The translations under genes were made by a program, and so were the position numbers. Below are positions 25,851 through 39,859 of a DNA stretch of 64,000 bases, piece after piece. This stretch comes from the human T2T-CHM13v2.0 reference genome, Homo sapiens. Positions within the stretch are counted from its first letter, which is position 1; each line of letters starts with the position of its first letter. The DNA is taken from the NCBI RefSeq assembly GCF_009914755.1, contig NC_060938.1; one strand, written 5' to 3'. The notes beneath the pieces are model-generated. The model was not told the DNA's origin. It did no database searches and was given only the letters and a program-made list of their open reading frames with translations.

Positions 25851-28329
25851 TTTAGAGTAAAAATCTAAATAAGCATCACTACCCGTAAATAATTAAGACC
25901 TGATTATCCTTTTCCCAAATTTTAATGGTGTCTGTATTCATTGAATAAAGGAGTATTTATGTTGGGCCTTAAAAGATGAACAGGAATCACAAGTGCCCAA
26001 ACTGGAAAGTGAGGGAGAGAGCTTTGGCAGATATCAGTGATGAGCATGACCTCAGATGGTCAAGGAACCGATGAGGTGTGCTTTTGCTGAAGCCACGTGG
26101 AAGGAATGTGGGGCCAGATCTTTTAGCGTCTTGCCTTCCAATGTGATGCTGTGGTGTTCGGGATCTTGCAGTGAAATTTGAACTCTTGGAGAGTGACTTT
26201 TTAGGACCCTAGGAGGGAAAGATAATTTTATAGAAAAAATAGACTTTTATTTATCACAAGCTAAGATTTACAAAAGAATTTCAACCAAGTGTGTTGTTGG
26301 GATCCCAAAACGTAGCTATGCAAAAATAATATTTTTAAAACGAAAACAAATTTAAAACACCAAGGGATTATTATAGTGTGTAGCACAAAACAATGGAGCG
26401 TCCCCAAATTAGCCTACGATAAAGTCATGCTCTGATGACTAAAAACAGAATAAATACCTCCCAGCTCCCGTAAGTACTGATGAAGGGTAGGCCTAAAGTT
26501 GGTGTTTTCAATTTCTGCCATTGAAAGGAGACATTAATAAAAGACTTCATTTTAAAAGTCCTTTTCTGATACTGAAAGCCTGCCACTGTGTACTCCGCAT
26601 GCTGGCTTTCATTTCTATCTAGCTCCACTTTGTCTTCCCTCAGCCTTCTAGATACTACTCTGTAGATTCCAAAAATGAGGCAAATCATACTCCTCAAGTT
26701 AAGGATTCACCAGCCAAGTAGTTATACACAAGGAAGAGCTGCTTATTGCTGTCAGCATCAACTTCACAGAATAAGTGTAGGCTCACTTGCCTAGGTAAAG
26801 CATATAGATTGGCTCTAAGTGAGTATCGCTCCCTGTGAATAATTGAGATTTGATTATCCTTTTCCCAAATTTTAATTAGGATACTTATGTAATGTATTTT
26901 ATTTTAATGCAGAGGTATTTATAGAGTCCATAAGGAGTTATATCGGTTCAAACATTTCTCCTAAAAAGAACAAAGGTTTTATTTGCTAGCTGAGAGTTCA
27001 AGATATCCTTTTGGAGATGAACAGTATTGCTCACTTATAAGAAGCAGACAGTCAGAATACAATGGGATGGAATTAGAAGACCTGTCTCTTTCAGCAAGTT
27101 AAGACTTTAATATGGTACCCCTGTATAAATGTAAGAAAGTTAACTCATTATTTGATCATGTATGCTGCAGTGCTTTACAAATACTAAAATCCTTAAGCAA
27201 TACAAGACATAACATATTCTGTCCTTTTAAATTACTGAAAGACGAAGACTCTCGGTTTCTTCCAAATGTTTCCCTGAAACAAAACAGAAAAAAAATGCAA
27301 GCTGTGACTTAGAACTTTGGAATTAGACTTGATTTTTCAGATGCTACTATACCAGCAGAATGAGTTGGACTTTCCTTCTGCCATGTAAAGAATATTCCTG
27401 GAAAGTTAAATTTAATTCCTATAAGATACTTTTTTTTCCATTGAAGATGTTGTTGTTACTTCATTGTCTCTTTTAATAGATATATATTTATATAGACATC
27501 ATTCAGTATGTGTACATGTACACACATCTACCCCAATAAACACACATACACAGCCACCTTACTCAGTAGTGAAAACTTCGCTTAAAAGGTTATAGTTTTC
27601 TTTTGTAAGTTCAGATTCTTCCATGCCTATCTATCTGTGTCTTTACAGCATTTCTTTTCTGGTGTTAATTCAAGGCATTGATTTAAATCTATTAAGCCCA
27701 GTAGAGTTGTGTGTGTCTTAGATAATGTAGTCCTAACAGATGAGGGCACCTGGGGTGCAGCTGGTAACCACCACTATATCACAATTATGTTTGGATGTAG
27801 ATGTGACTCCCTGTATTACAGAGATCTGCTTCCAGATTTGCAAAGCCTGCATAGAAATTTGGTGTCCTATGATAGCCACAGAATTCTGAGTAGAAAGTTT
27901 TTCGACTCCATTTTTCTTGGTTCATGTAGAAGCAGAAGTGTTCAGTTTAGATGACGGAAATGACAAAGCTGTGGTCAAGAATTTTATTAGTCCGGGTAAA
28001 ATTATGTTTGTTTTCCTGACTAGAAAACTGGGAGCTACTTATAGGTGAAAAGGGTCTTTTCTGTTCAAGCTGATGACTGTGGCTAACTAACCTAGCTCTG
28101 TTCCTCTAAGGGACAAAGAACAGGGTCTGTACTTGAGCCAGAAGGCAGTGCTGGACTTTATTTAAGAATAAATCGCATCCTTTTCTTTCCTTTGATGCTC
28201 AAGAACCCTATTTCTCATCCTTTTTTTCTCTCTGCATACTTAGTGATGACATATGTAAAAATCAAAAGACTTTGAATTTACATAAACTGAAAACATAACT
28301 AGAATGGAGCGATACTGCCTATAAATGAG

Positions 28330-28525
28330 TTGAGAACATCGATTTGAAATGCAGACTTCCTGGTTCTAATCCTAGCTCTGCCATTTACTGGGAATGTTAT
28401 CTGAGCAAATTACCTCTCTGCCTCAGTTTCCTCATCTGTAAAAGAAGGAACTTTACCTCTGGGTTGTTGTGAGTATTGCATAACTTAATATATACAAAAC
28501 ATTTAGATTTATGCTATATAATGTA
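28330..28525 (+). mobile_element. MIR
   Basis: cctggttctaatcctagctctgccatttact...ctctctgcctcagtttcctcatctgtaaaa. Confidence 0.8.
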
Positions 28526-29144
28526 TCATAAGCTCCCAGTAGATGTAATTTATAGTAATTATCTGGAAACATTTATATATACTATTATTCATAATATAGT
28601 AAAGGAATATCACAAAATAAAAGTGCTCAGTTCCCATAATGAAAAAAGGGAGACTTTCATTTTCTTGCTGTATCTCCCTGTTACTCTCATTTATTGTTAT
28701 TTTTTACTTGGAGATGCTGAGCATGCATTTCACTAAAAATGTTGCTCAGTAGCCATATTTGGTAAATTGATTGCTAGTATAGGCAAATATAAAATAAAAA
28801 ATAAATGCACACACACAAAAAAACCAAACAGACTAAAATAAATATTTTGGGTTCTCCTTGGTCCTGCTGTCAGGATCCCTGCTGCTTGCATGTAAAAAGA
28901 ATCCTTTCCTTTCATTAGGAGGAAATGGGAGTGCTGACATTTCCAACTCTTGCCAGAGGACCTTTCTGAGCTCGCTAGTTCACTGGTGTTGGAGCCTTGT
29001 GCTGCTGCCACCGCGTGAGAAATGTTATTTATCATCACAGCGAGTATCACTTCACCTATTCCAAGTTTTCAGGCAGCTTCAGATGAGTCCTTCTCTGCCC
29101 TCCTTTTGGACTGGCTTTGTAAAGGTGCACATACTGGAGATTTA

Positions 29145-29592
<448 letters not shown>

Positions 29593-30429
29593 TTAGCTCT
29601 TTCAGATTGTGCTGGGATAAATATTAAGTTTCAGGGAAATATTTAGAGACTCCTCTTTGTGACACTTTTGCCTGTGAAGTCTGATCATCTTTGGAAATTA
29701 TGTAACTTGATGACCAGCTTACATTTACATGAATAAATCAATATTTTCAGACCTAAAATATGTTTATTTCTACCTCTTGCTAACCCCTTTCTTCCTATCG
29801 AGGTCTATCCTTTCCTATATGTTTTCCCTTTCCATTTGGTCTTTGGGTATCTACTATGCACAGAGATGTAATGTCATCTTTATTTTAAATGATTCTAGGA
29901 AGATAATGTATAAGGGGAAATTCGTTTAATAAAAAGGTGATATTTGACGTTCTTTTCCACGTAAATAACAAAGGCAATAAATATTATTATAATCTGACCA
30001 TATCTTTTAACTAAACAGAATATCTGGAATTTGAATCATTAGGAAAACAGGAACAGAAATAATCCTTCCTTCTTTTCCTATTTGCCAACCCCAACCACAT
30101 CCTATAATGGTGACTGCTTCAAGGACTGGGGGGCCTGTATTCATTTTATAATCTGTATCACCACCAAATCACCACAAATTAATACACAATTTAAAGTTAA
30201 AAAGTGGGATTTCAAGGTAAACGTAGCATTGTGACAGGTCCATTTGCACGCCTTCTCATGGATTCTTGCCTTTAAGGCCCCAAATAGAGTTTCTGGAGCT
30301 GCCATAGATCTATGTCTATATACCAAAGTTAAGCTGAGGTATAAGTGAATATGTAACTTTGGCCACGTAGTGTTCAAACACTCTTCTAATGGTGTCAGTA
30401 GTTTTCCCCTGAGATACCGTCTTTCCCTT

Positions 30430-30900
30430 GAGCCCACATCTTAGCTTCTGGGTTAGGGAAGAGTTATTTCCATGGGAATGGGTTTGCGATTCAGTTTTTC
30501 CAAGTGGAGTTCTGGATGTCGCTGGCCATGCCATCATGATTGGTTTAGCAATGGACATCTGAGTCTTCTGCTGGGGCTGTTAGAAGAAAAGCGTGCCCTA
30601 TTCTACAGGACCTGAACCTGAGAAGACACAGCTTCGGTGGTATTGGCAGCCGTCTTACCACCTCATAGAGCCTGAGCTTGACTTGAAGCCCACCAAGTAG
30701 AAAGAGCTGGGAGATGGAGGGAATCCAGATCTTGCAGACAGAATTTGAACCCTGCATAAAACCCTATCTGAAATCCTAGAAGCTAGTTTCTTTTCTTTTT
30801 TTGTGTGCTTAAGTCTGAGCTCAGTAGGATTCTAGTTGTGCTTAAGTTTGTGCTGAGTTGGAACCTCTGTCTCTTTAAATCAGAAGAGTTTGATGCTACA
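30430..30900 (+). mobile_element. Old MaLR LTR (MLT1-like)
   Basis: gattggtttag...ggcagccgtcttaccacc...tgcttaagt...gagttggaacctctgtctc...ends in aca. Confidence 0.55.
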
Positions 30901-32502
30901 AAGGAATAGGAAAGGGGGAAAAAAAGCAATGATAAAATATATAGAATTCCAGAGCATTTTTTTTTCTTTGGAGTGAAATAACATTAAGGTTTAGAAAAAT
31001 ATTTGGAACATTATTTGACCTTATTCAATGAATTATTATAGCAGTTAGGTTCAATATAGTAGTTTCTGAATAGAAAGTGATTTTCTAAGCACCAAGCACA
31101 TGTGTTATAGGTCATGCAAAGATATGATTTAATTACATATGCAGGTCATCCTCATGATAATTCAAAACCGTAGTACAGAGGTTAACTTTTAAATTTGAAG
31201 AATGACAAGATTTGCCACTATTTCAGGAACCCTGCAAGACCACTCCCAGTATCTTAATTAAAATATGCTTTGAGTATCTTTCTTTGTGATTAAAACATGT
31301 TCAAAGATTTCAGTTTACATTTGATTAGAAACTTGAGCTTCTTTAAAAATATCTAGGATAGTATTCTGTAAGTGAAAAATGTTGGCTTGATTTGGGTAGC
31401 TATTTATGCAAGTCTTGTTTCCAAATACATTTAAGAAAGAATTAAAAATCATGTTTTAGCTCTAAGTATTACAGTCTGAGGTTTGCAAGCTGTGCTTTTA
31501 ATTGCTCTTGATGCTTGTAAGTTGGGCTAGTAAAACAGCTTGCTTTCAACAACGACCAAATAATATTGGCTTAACTATTATAATGAACCACCACGTAACA
31601 TTGGCCTAGCTATTGAGATTTAACAAAACTACTGTGATTGAAAAGTTATTCCTTAAATCATCAGCCCAACCTCTGCAGCATGCTGCTTGAAGCATGCAAA
31701 GTGTATTCCACTTTAAAGTGACACTGCAAAGCAAGTGTGGGTCTTTGTGCTTCAGATGAAGTGTGAAGACTCTGAGAAGCTGAGGGGACCCACAGGAGGA
31801 GTGGGCAGAGCTGGAGTTCTCATCCCCAGAACCTAGCTTTACCCTACCTCCCTGGACCAGGGGCTGGCCATAGAGCAGGGGAGAGGCTCTGCATTGCGGG
31901 TGAGGGGTGGAGTCTCCTTTTGTAGGGGAGGGGTTGGGGGCCTGGAGAGAGCACCTCCCAGGATCCCCCATGGAGGGGAGCATGGCTACTAGACATCTGT
32001 TAGGGACCGTATCAGCTGTAAGCCAGCCAGGAGCCTCCAAACACCCCTCTAAGCTGCCCTGGCTCAGATTGGGGACCTGAGTCCCCCAGCACCCCTCAGA
32101 GGCAGGCCCAAGCTTAGAAATAGGATTGAGGGCCAGGTAGAGGAAGGTGGACTCCCAGCCTCTAGGCAGACCAGAGATCTGGAGAGAGGGGATAGCAGGT
32201 GGCTTTGATATTTTCTCTTGCCCAAGACTTGGGTTTGACAAGCACTTGGTGGGTACTACTCCTCATGTTTTTTCTCAGTCTCCTGCCCTGGAGCAGCAGC
32301 TCCCAGATCCAGGTCTCCTACTGAAGGTTCACCCTTCCTCTGCTGCCACTTCTCAACATCCACCTGTGGGAATATTATGAGATTCATATGAAGTACTATG
32401 CCACTTTTCTTCCATATCCCCCTGACGCTGCCTGAGCTTCCTGAAGGTCCTCACAGTTTGCATATCATTCAGGCCACCTCTAAACCCCACCTAGGTTTTA
32501 TC

Positions 32503-32504
<2 letters not shown>

Positions 32505-32562
<58 letters not shown>
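32505..32562. repeat. (TA)29 microsatellite
   Basis: Uninterrupted TA run. Confidence 0.97.
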
Positions 32563-32566
<4 letters not shown>

Positions 32567-35097
32567 AAATCTAGCTGTAATGGGTTATTTCATAAATAAG
32601 GCTTGGGGCTGGAGCAGGGGCCTCCAAGCCTCTAGCTCCTGCTCAAAAGAAGAAAAAGTTACTTGTTTGTGGGTCAAGAAAAAGAAAGTTTGTAAAACTC
32701 AAATTCTACTAGCCTGTTAGACAGAGTGGGAAGTCTTGTGAGCTTCTTTTCAGTGGTGTACTCCACCAGACCTCCCAAAGCTAAGCGTAGTGGGTACTCT
32801 TGGCGAACTGGAATGTTAAAATGACATTTGGATTTGAATTTAACTACATGATAGTTTCTGAAAAAGTTTATATGCTTTTGTAGCATTACTAAAATACTTA
32901 TATAGGCACAGATGTTCAGATATTTTAAAGTACAAGAACAATACCAGGGATAAAGCAAATCAGCAGTATAAACTACTAATTCTGTAAGTACCATGGTACT
33001 GGTAACACACAGAGAATTATTTTTCTTACGTTATACATCAGTAGCCATGTTCATTTTTAGTATTTTTACATTTATCATTGTTTTCCCATGGTGTAATGAT
33101 AGGTACTAACTTCCTTATAACTCTACAAATATGTTTTTCGTATAATATAAAAGAAACAGGCCAACAGTAGTTGTTCCAAGTGAACACTGGCCTATTTCTG
33201 ACATGACTTGGAAGCTGGTGCCCTCTCCGTGCGTGGCTTGCCTTCCCCTCCGGAGGGGTGGCTTATGTCTGTTTTATTCACCAATATATCTCAGCATCTA
33301 ACTGGATTCTCAGTAAATGTTTTTAAATAAATAAATGAATTGATGAATAATGATTAAATTAATGAACAAATTAATAAACAGAAATAGGTTCTTGATTTGG
33401 GAGGGAGGATTTGCATACAACAACTTGTATGTAGATGGACTTGAAAATATAATTTTCTTTCTACTACTAACAGTGGCATTATTAAGGAATTAGGAAGAAT
33501 AGGTAAGAACACTGAAGCAAATAGAAATCTCAGAGCACAGTGTTGAAAGGAATAGGTTAAGATCTGAAAGAGTGATGACATACCTAGTCCTGCAGCTGGG
33601 ACTAAGTGAAACTCAAAAAATGATGGATGAGAATTCAGAAATTAACAAGGGTCAGTATGGCCAGAAGAAAATTGAAATGAATTGTAACATGGGTAAAAAA
33701 CGGTGAGATCCAGCCATCATTATTAGTCTATGCATCAAAGTGTGAAAAGTCGTTGATGAAAGAAACTGAAATGGAGAATTATTTTTAGGCTTTGGAATAG
33801 GAAAGCTGGAAATACACTAGAAAGGCATAAAATAAAACATAGACTGACCTAAATTTTATAAGACCAAAGTACCCAAAAGACAAGCCAACTTCCAGAGCGA
33901 TGGCTTTATTCCCACAGTCTACGTTACGCTACATAACTCCTACTAGTGGTAGTTCTGGAGGATGTTAGTTCCTACACAGTGATGATCTGGTTAGTTCAAA
34001 ATATCTGTGGTTAGAAGGAAATATCTGAGCTTTCACTCTTTTGTTTCCCATTTCATATTTCCACATAGAGCAGTTACACTCTGTATTTTAGAGTCCTATG
34101 GATGATGTGGTTGTGCTAGGAAGTGCCTATAAGCCTCTCTCTCTTTTTTTTTTTTAATGCCCCTATATATTTTTATTTTCTATTAGCACCAAAAAAGCTG
34201 TTAGCATTTGTGGCCTTGATCAAGCTTAGTCACAGCTTTCTCATCTTTAAAAATGGCTTCTCGCAACTATTCCATTTGGAAAAGCTGTTTATTTTTGGTG
34301 ACTTTTGGCCATCAGGACTTTATATATAACTAATACAAAATGTACTTTGGAACTTGTCGCCAGATATTTTTTTCCTTTTTTCAGTCCTGAAAATAGTGTG
34401 GTAAAATTTAGAACCTTCATTCTAGAAGTTACCTGTGACTTTTTAATGGTGAATAGGATTGTGTATTCGAACAGAGTGGGTACTAAGGTAATTGTTAGGA
34501 TAATTATGTAAAAGGGCAGCCAATTATAGATTTATAATTTACAGAGGAAAATTAGAACTTACTCAAAATTTAACCTACTTTAAAAAATCTATATAACATT
34601 TGAAAATACTAATATCAATTATTATAGAATATTTACTATGTAAATTTCTAACTCTTATTCACACTAAAAAAAAAATCAAAGTTCAGCCAGCAAATATTAC
34701 ATTTGTAAAGAAACATGAATATACAAGTTTAAATAATCAGAGTTATTCTATGGTAGTTCTTTCATTTCTAGGTTATTTTCTGGATTTTCCAAAACTTTTG
34801 GGGAACAATGGAAGATGGCCATTTTTCATTATTAGCAAGCATAGATTGATAGATTCTTCTAAAATTATGAATAATAGAAAACCAAATAAAACCTCAAAGT
34901 AGGTTTGTTGCCTCAGAGTAGCTATTCATAGCATTAAGGGATAGATGCTTTTGAGAAAGGAAGTGAAACATCTTATTGTATATCATGATATTGTTTATTG
35001 GAGAATAGCAGTTATGCTGAATAAAAGAAGAAAATAAGATGTCTCAAATTCCAGTAACTTGTCTTGTTGTGGTTTGATTGTTGGTGGGAGATGATGA

Positions 35098-35379
<282 letters not shown>

Positions 35380-38300
35380 TAAGGTCTTGAGAAACCTCCA
35401 TAGTTGCTCTGTTAACAGAGTTAACTCTTGGAAACCATTCATAAGATTTAATGTGGAACTTGAAGTTGAACTATTTGTAATAGTCCATGCTTGGTGAGAT
35501 GTTGGAGTTCTCTGTGACAGTGAATTTCAGTTATCCTTTTTAATTCTTTTTAAGCTATTTCAAATAGAAGTTAAATTATCTAGTTTGAATCTTGTTTTAC
35601 AAAGTCAGCTTAATGTTACTCATAGAAAGTTGGTCCTCAAACACAATCCTATTTTCTTATATTAGTGTCTATCAAACATGGCACACATGCTGAAACAGTA
35701 GGGTGTAGGTGGTTGATTGAATAACATCTAGTAGCCTGGAGTTTTATCTGTCCATATATTTTTCCCCATTATTTTCTAAACATAAGAAATTTGGATTAAG
35801 AACAAAGGAAAAAATATGTTTCCTTAGGGCTGCATATGTGACATTTACCCTATCATTATTTTCTAAGCATATGTTCAGAAAAAATATTGGTACTATTTAT
35901 ATTTTAGCTTAAAATACTCATTTCTAAACAGTATAATGAGCTAGGTTTATCTAGCATCTATAACCAAGCTATGAATACTCTAAAATTTTGTGTATGCATG
36001 TTTATTTCATTTTCTATAAAAACACCTTCCTATTTTTGGAAATATTTGTTCTAACAAATATTCCAAGGGTTGGTGAAATTATTATATAAGTTTTACATAT
36101 ATGAAGACTCTGAGTAATATGGAATCCTCACTGTCGCATTTGTAATAATCAGAATTTCAGATATCCTAAGCAGCTACCATTTACCCAAGCCCAATTACAT
36201 ATATAGTTATCTATAAATGTCCAGCATTGGTGTGGGTGTGTCTTGAGGCAGAAGTAGACAAGAGACAATAATAACTAGGCAAATAATTACATTGCCCTGG
36301 AGAAAGGGAAGGATTTGAGAGCTAAAAAACTGTGATAAGGAGGTGTATGTTTTTTAAAAGTATGGGATTAGGGCTAATCCAATGGATGAAGTAGAGAGAG
36401 AGAGAGAATTGTTATTTTTCTTGAATCATCATTGTATTCCAAATAAATAATAATATAATTATTTTTCACTAGATTATTATTTAAATAGTCATTTTGCTTC
36501 TTAAGTTAGCTATATTTAATCAGAGAAGAAAATAATTAGAATAATTTATCTGCCAAATTCGCCTAAATCCTTTAAGGCAATTCTGTTTCTAATGAAACAC
36601 CACTATGGAAATCAACATAAAACCAACTGACTTTTCATCTAGATAGGACATTCTCACCTTGCAAAGGGTGAAAAAGAGGATGTGTGTCATTTTCAACCTG
36701 AAAACTATTTTATTTTCACTGTGAATGGGGCTCTTAATAACTTGATGAGTTTTTGTAAGTCAGAAGTCATGTCTGATTTTTAAAACAAATCAAGTAAGTA
36801 TTTTCTGGTTATATATTTACTATACCTAGTATATTGAGAATATTTTTAAGATTGGTAATTGGAAATGAAGACATTGATTACAGCTGTATCCAGGTTTTTG
36901 TAGCCTTCTAAAAAGTCACCATCATATTTTCAATTGAATGGCTAAATAGTCTACCAAAGGTTACAGAATCTCACTGGATTCTCCAAACTCTTTGCACCAG
37001 TGAGTTATATTATTGTGACACACAGAAATAACCATATTGCTGTTGAAAAAATGTATCCACCAAAAGTTAAAGTTGACACTATAATTTTAAAGAAAACTTT
37101 TACCACTTCTTCTATGCCTGGTATTCTCTGAATTTGCAAGTGTAGGCCCAGCAAAACATTAAATGTTTGATTTATTGGTTTGTTTATAGTATGCTGACCT
37201 AGGAGTAGGGTAGGAAAGTGGTTGGGTGTTTTTGGTTTTTTAGACCAGCATTATATATTATATTTCATTTAAACACAATTACTGTATACTGTTTCCCCCA
37301 TATTCTTAAGTTAGGACAAAACAAAAGTAAAATATTTAAACTAGTATATAAAAAGAATGGTGAATCCATGATATAACGATATAAAACAGCAACACATGAA
37401 AATTAATATTCTTAATATTTGACAAAAACTCCAGGTTATTTTTTGTCTCTTTCTAAGAATGCCCATTATTTAATTAGTAAGAAATCTTCAGACACTTCAG
37501 AAGTTGTAGTTATAAATAACATTTTTCTCATAAACTGACCTAGTGATATTAAATTGGTACAAAGCTCAAAATCAGTATTTAACATTTAATGGAACGAACA
37601 AACTAATTCTGCAATTTAACTCAACATTTGCAGTAAGATGACTTGTACCCTAATGGCTTGTAATTAATCTTTCTGAAAATCATATTTCTGATAGTCTGCA
37701 GATTCGGGCTTTATCTAATACATAATGTTCATTTTGAGCCTTTAATTGCATTTAAATTAAAATTGGCTTAGCAGGAAGATGAATTGTGGGAATGCATCAA
37801 ACCACCCAGCATGTCCTGAAGATGTGAGCCTGAAAATGCAATTTGGTGGAGATGTGCAGAATCATTTGGAGTTCATTAATTTGTATTGCACAGGTAGTTT
37901 TACTAAAGTAGGTTATTTTCTTTGAAATTTATATTTATGTTTATGTCAGTAGCTGAATATTGTATTAGCCCTTACATCTATTAGAGTTTATTAACCTGGC
38001 CTAATGGAGGTTGTTCATATTGAGAAGAGAGATAATTTGTGTTTGCCCCTCATTCTGATTTGGCAAAACTGACACCGTAAAAATGCATTTGAGAGGGAAG
38101 GTTGGGAAGGGGAGCAGAGTCTTTGTGGAGGAAGTCAAACAAGTGTCTATTCGGGTTCCAGAGTAAGCACTCTGGAAGAAGCAAACGAGGCCTCCTCTGA
38201 GAAGACCTTCTTACTGCTGACCTTCTAAGGCCTTCCAGGCTGAATAATCTCTTTTTCTTTGTGTGACTAAGGCTCTGACCTGGCTATTGCAGTGAAGGCT

Positions 38301-38824
38301 TTTTGAGGTGTAACTCCGTTTGGTGGCTTAATGTGCCTGGGCTTTGTCCAGCCAGCTTGTAAGTGATTCCTTAACTTGCAGATGCTACTGAGGTTATCCA
38401 ATTTAATTATAATGTCACTTTACAATTATAAGGGAAAAGAGGTTTTTGCGTTGTCTAATGAATACAAATTTTCTGCAATTTGAAAATTCAAAGAAATAAA
38501 AATTAACATTTGTCCTCTTTGCCAGAGAATTTACATATGTGCAACTGATACTAATAAGTAAAATAATTCCATTACCTGAATTCATTAAACACATGTGCTT
38601 TTTATTTTGGAGATTGTATATCGTTCTTATTAATAAAATGATACTGTTAGCATTTGCCATTCTGGACTCATTTTTCCCCCTTTGCAGACAGTGTAATTAG
38701 GGGTGGAAAAAGCTTCAGGATGAGCAAATGCATGCTACAGAAATGAATTATATAATTGTGATCATGATTTTCCCTAAAACTCTTCCTGCCAACTGTAACG
38801 TTTTTCACCTCACCAGGTTTTTTT

Positions 38825-38828
<4 letters not shown>

Positions 38829-38860
<32 letters not shown>
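38829..38860. repeat. (TG)16 microsatellite
   Basis: Perfect TG run. Confidence 0.97.
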
Positions 38861-38862
<2 letters not shown>

Positions 38863-39753
38863 CGTGTGCGTGCATGTTTGTGTGCTGACTTATTTCATGA
38901 AAATGTGGAAATAGTTCTCCATTCCAACAATCTGTTACAAGTTCCTAGTTTGTGGTCGGAGATGATAGAAGCCCATATTCATTTAATATTCTCCAATCAG
39001 AACTTGACAGAGGTATTGCTTATTTTCTCATTTCATCACTGAAGCATGCTGTTGTAGTTTAGTCCCTAATTACTCTCAGACTGAGACGCTCCGAATATCC
39101 CCATGGTGGTAATATTTTCCTGCCTGGGTGAGTCATTACGTTGTTTGGCAGCCTGAAACACCAGCCTTCCGTTGTTGGAACACTGCCCCTCATGTAGCGC
39201 CACATCCTCCCTTCATTGCTGTCTGCTCTGCGACTTGGGTCCCGCTGCAACATTTCAAGCTATCCTGTACGCAATCACATTTGCCTGCCTTCTCCCTGAC
39301 TGATTGGACTGCTGCCAGTTCCCTCTTCAGGGCCAAGGACAGGAGAATGGGGGGTATCTGAATAGAACTGCTTAATGATCTAATGGACCAGTGCCTCTCT
39401 CCCGCTGAGAAAGAGGGCTTATTTGTTTGCTGCTTACAGGAAAGGTCAGGGAAATCCTTTTCAACAAAGGCTGTGACAGTGAGAATGTGCCATACCGTAC
39501 ATTACTGGTGTTTGAATAACTTCATACCTTGGGTTTACCCCACCCCCAACAACAAAACCAAACACTTTTTGGTCTTTATTTCATGTTCAATATTGTCCAG
39601 ATGGCAGAAAATGGAAGTGATGAAGCTTGGCTTCACACAATAGCTTATACCAAATGCCGAATATCAGGAAGCTTCACAGGTATTCAGTTCTGAAGAGTGT
39701 GATTGAAGTTTGGAAATTTGAAAATAGCCAACATTTTCTAAAGGGACTATTGC

Positions 39754-39859
<106 letters not shown>

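Noticed and set aside
31606-32241. 211-aa minus-strand ORF, the longest in the window
   Set aside because: No recognisable domain or splice context; the length is explained by stop-codon scarcity in a GC-rich patch
33218-33240. CTCF-like motif (also near 8875 and 22334)
   Set aside because: Three or more core mismatches or wrong spacing
33560-34030. Possible L3/CR1 relic (similar hints near 15430-15500 and 48120-48270)
   Set aside because: Too diverged to call by eye
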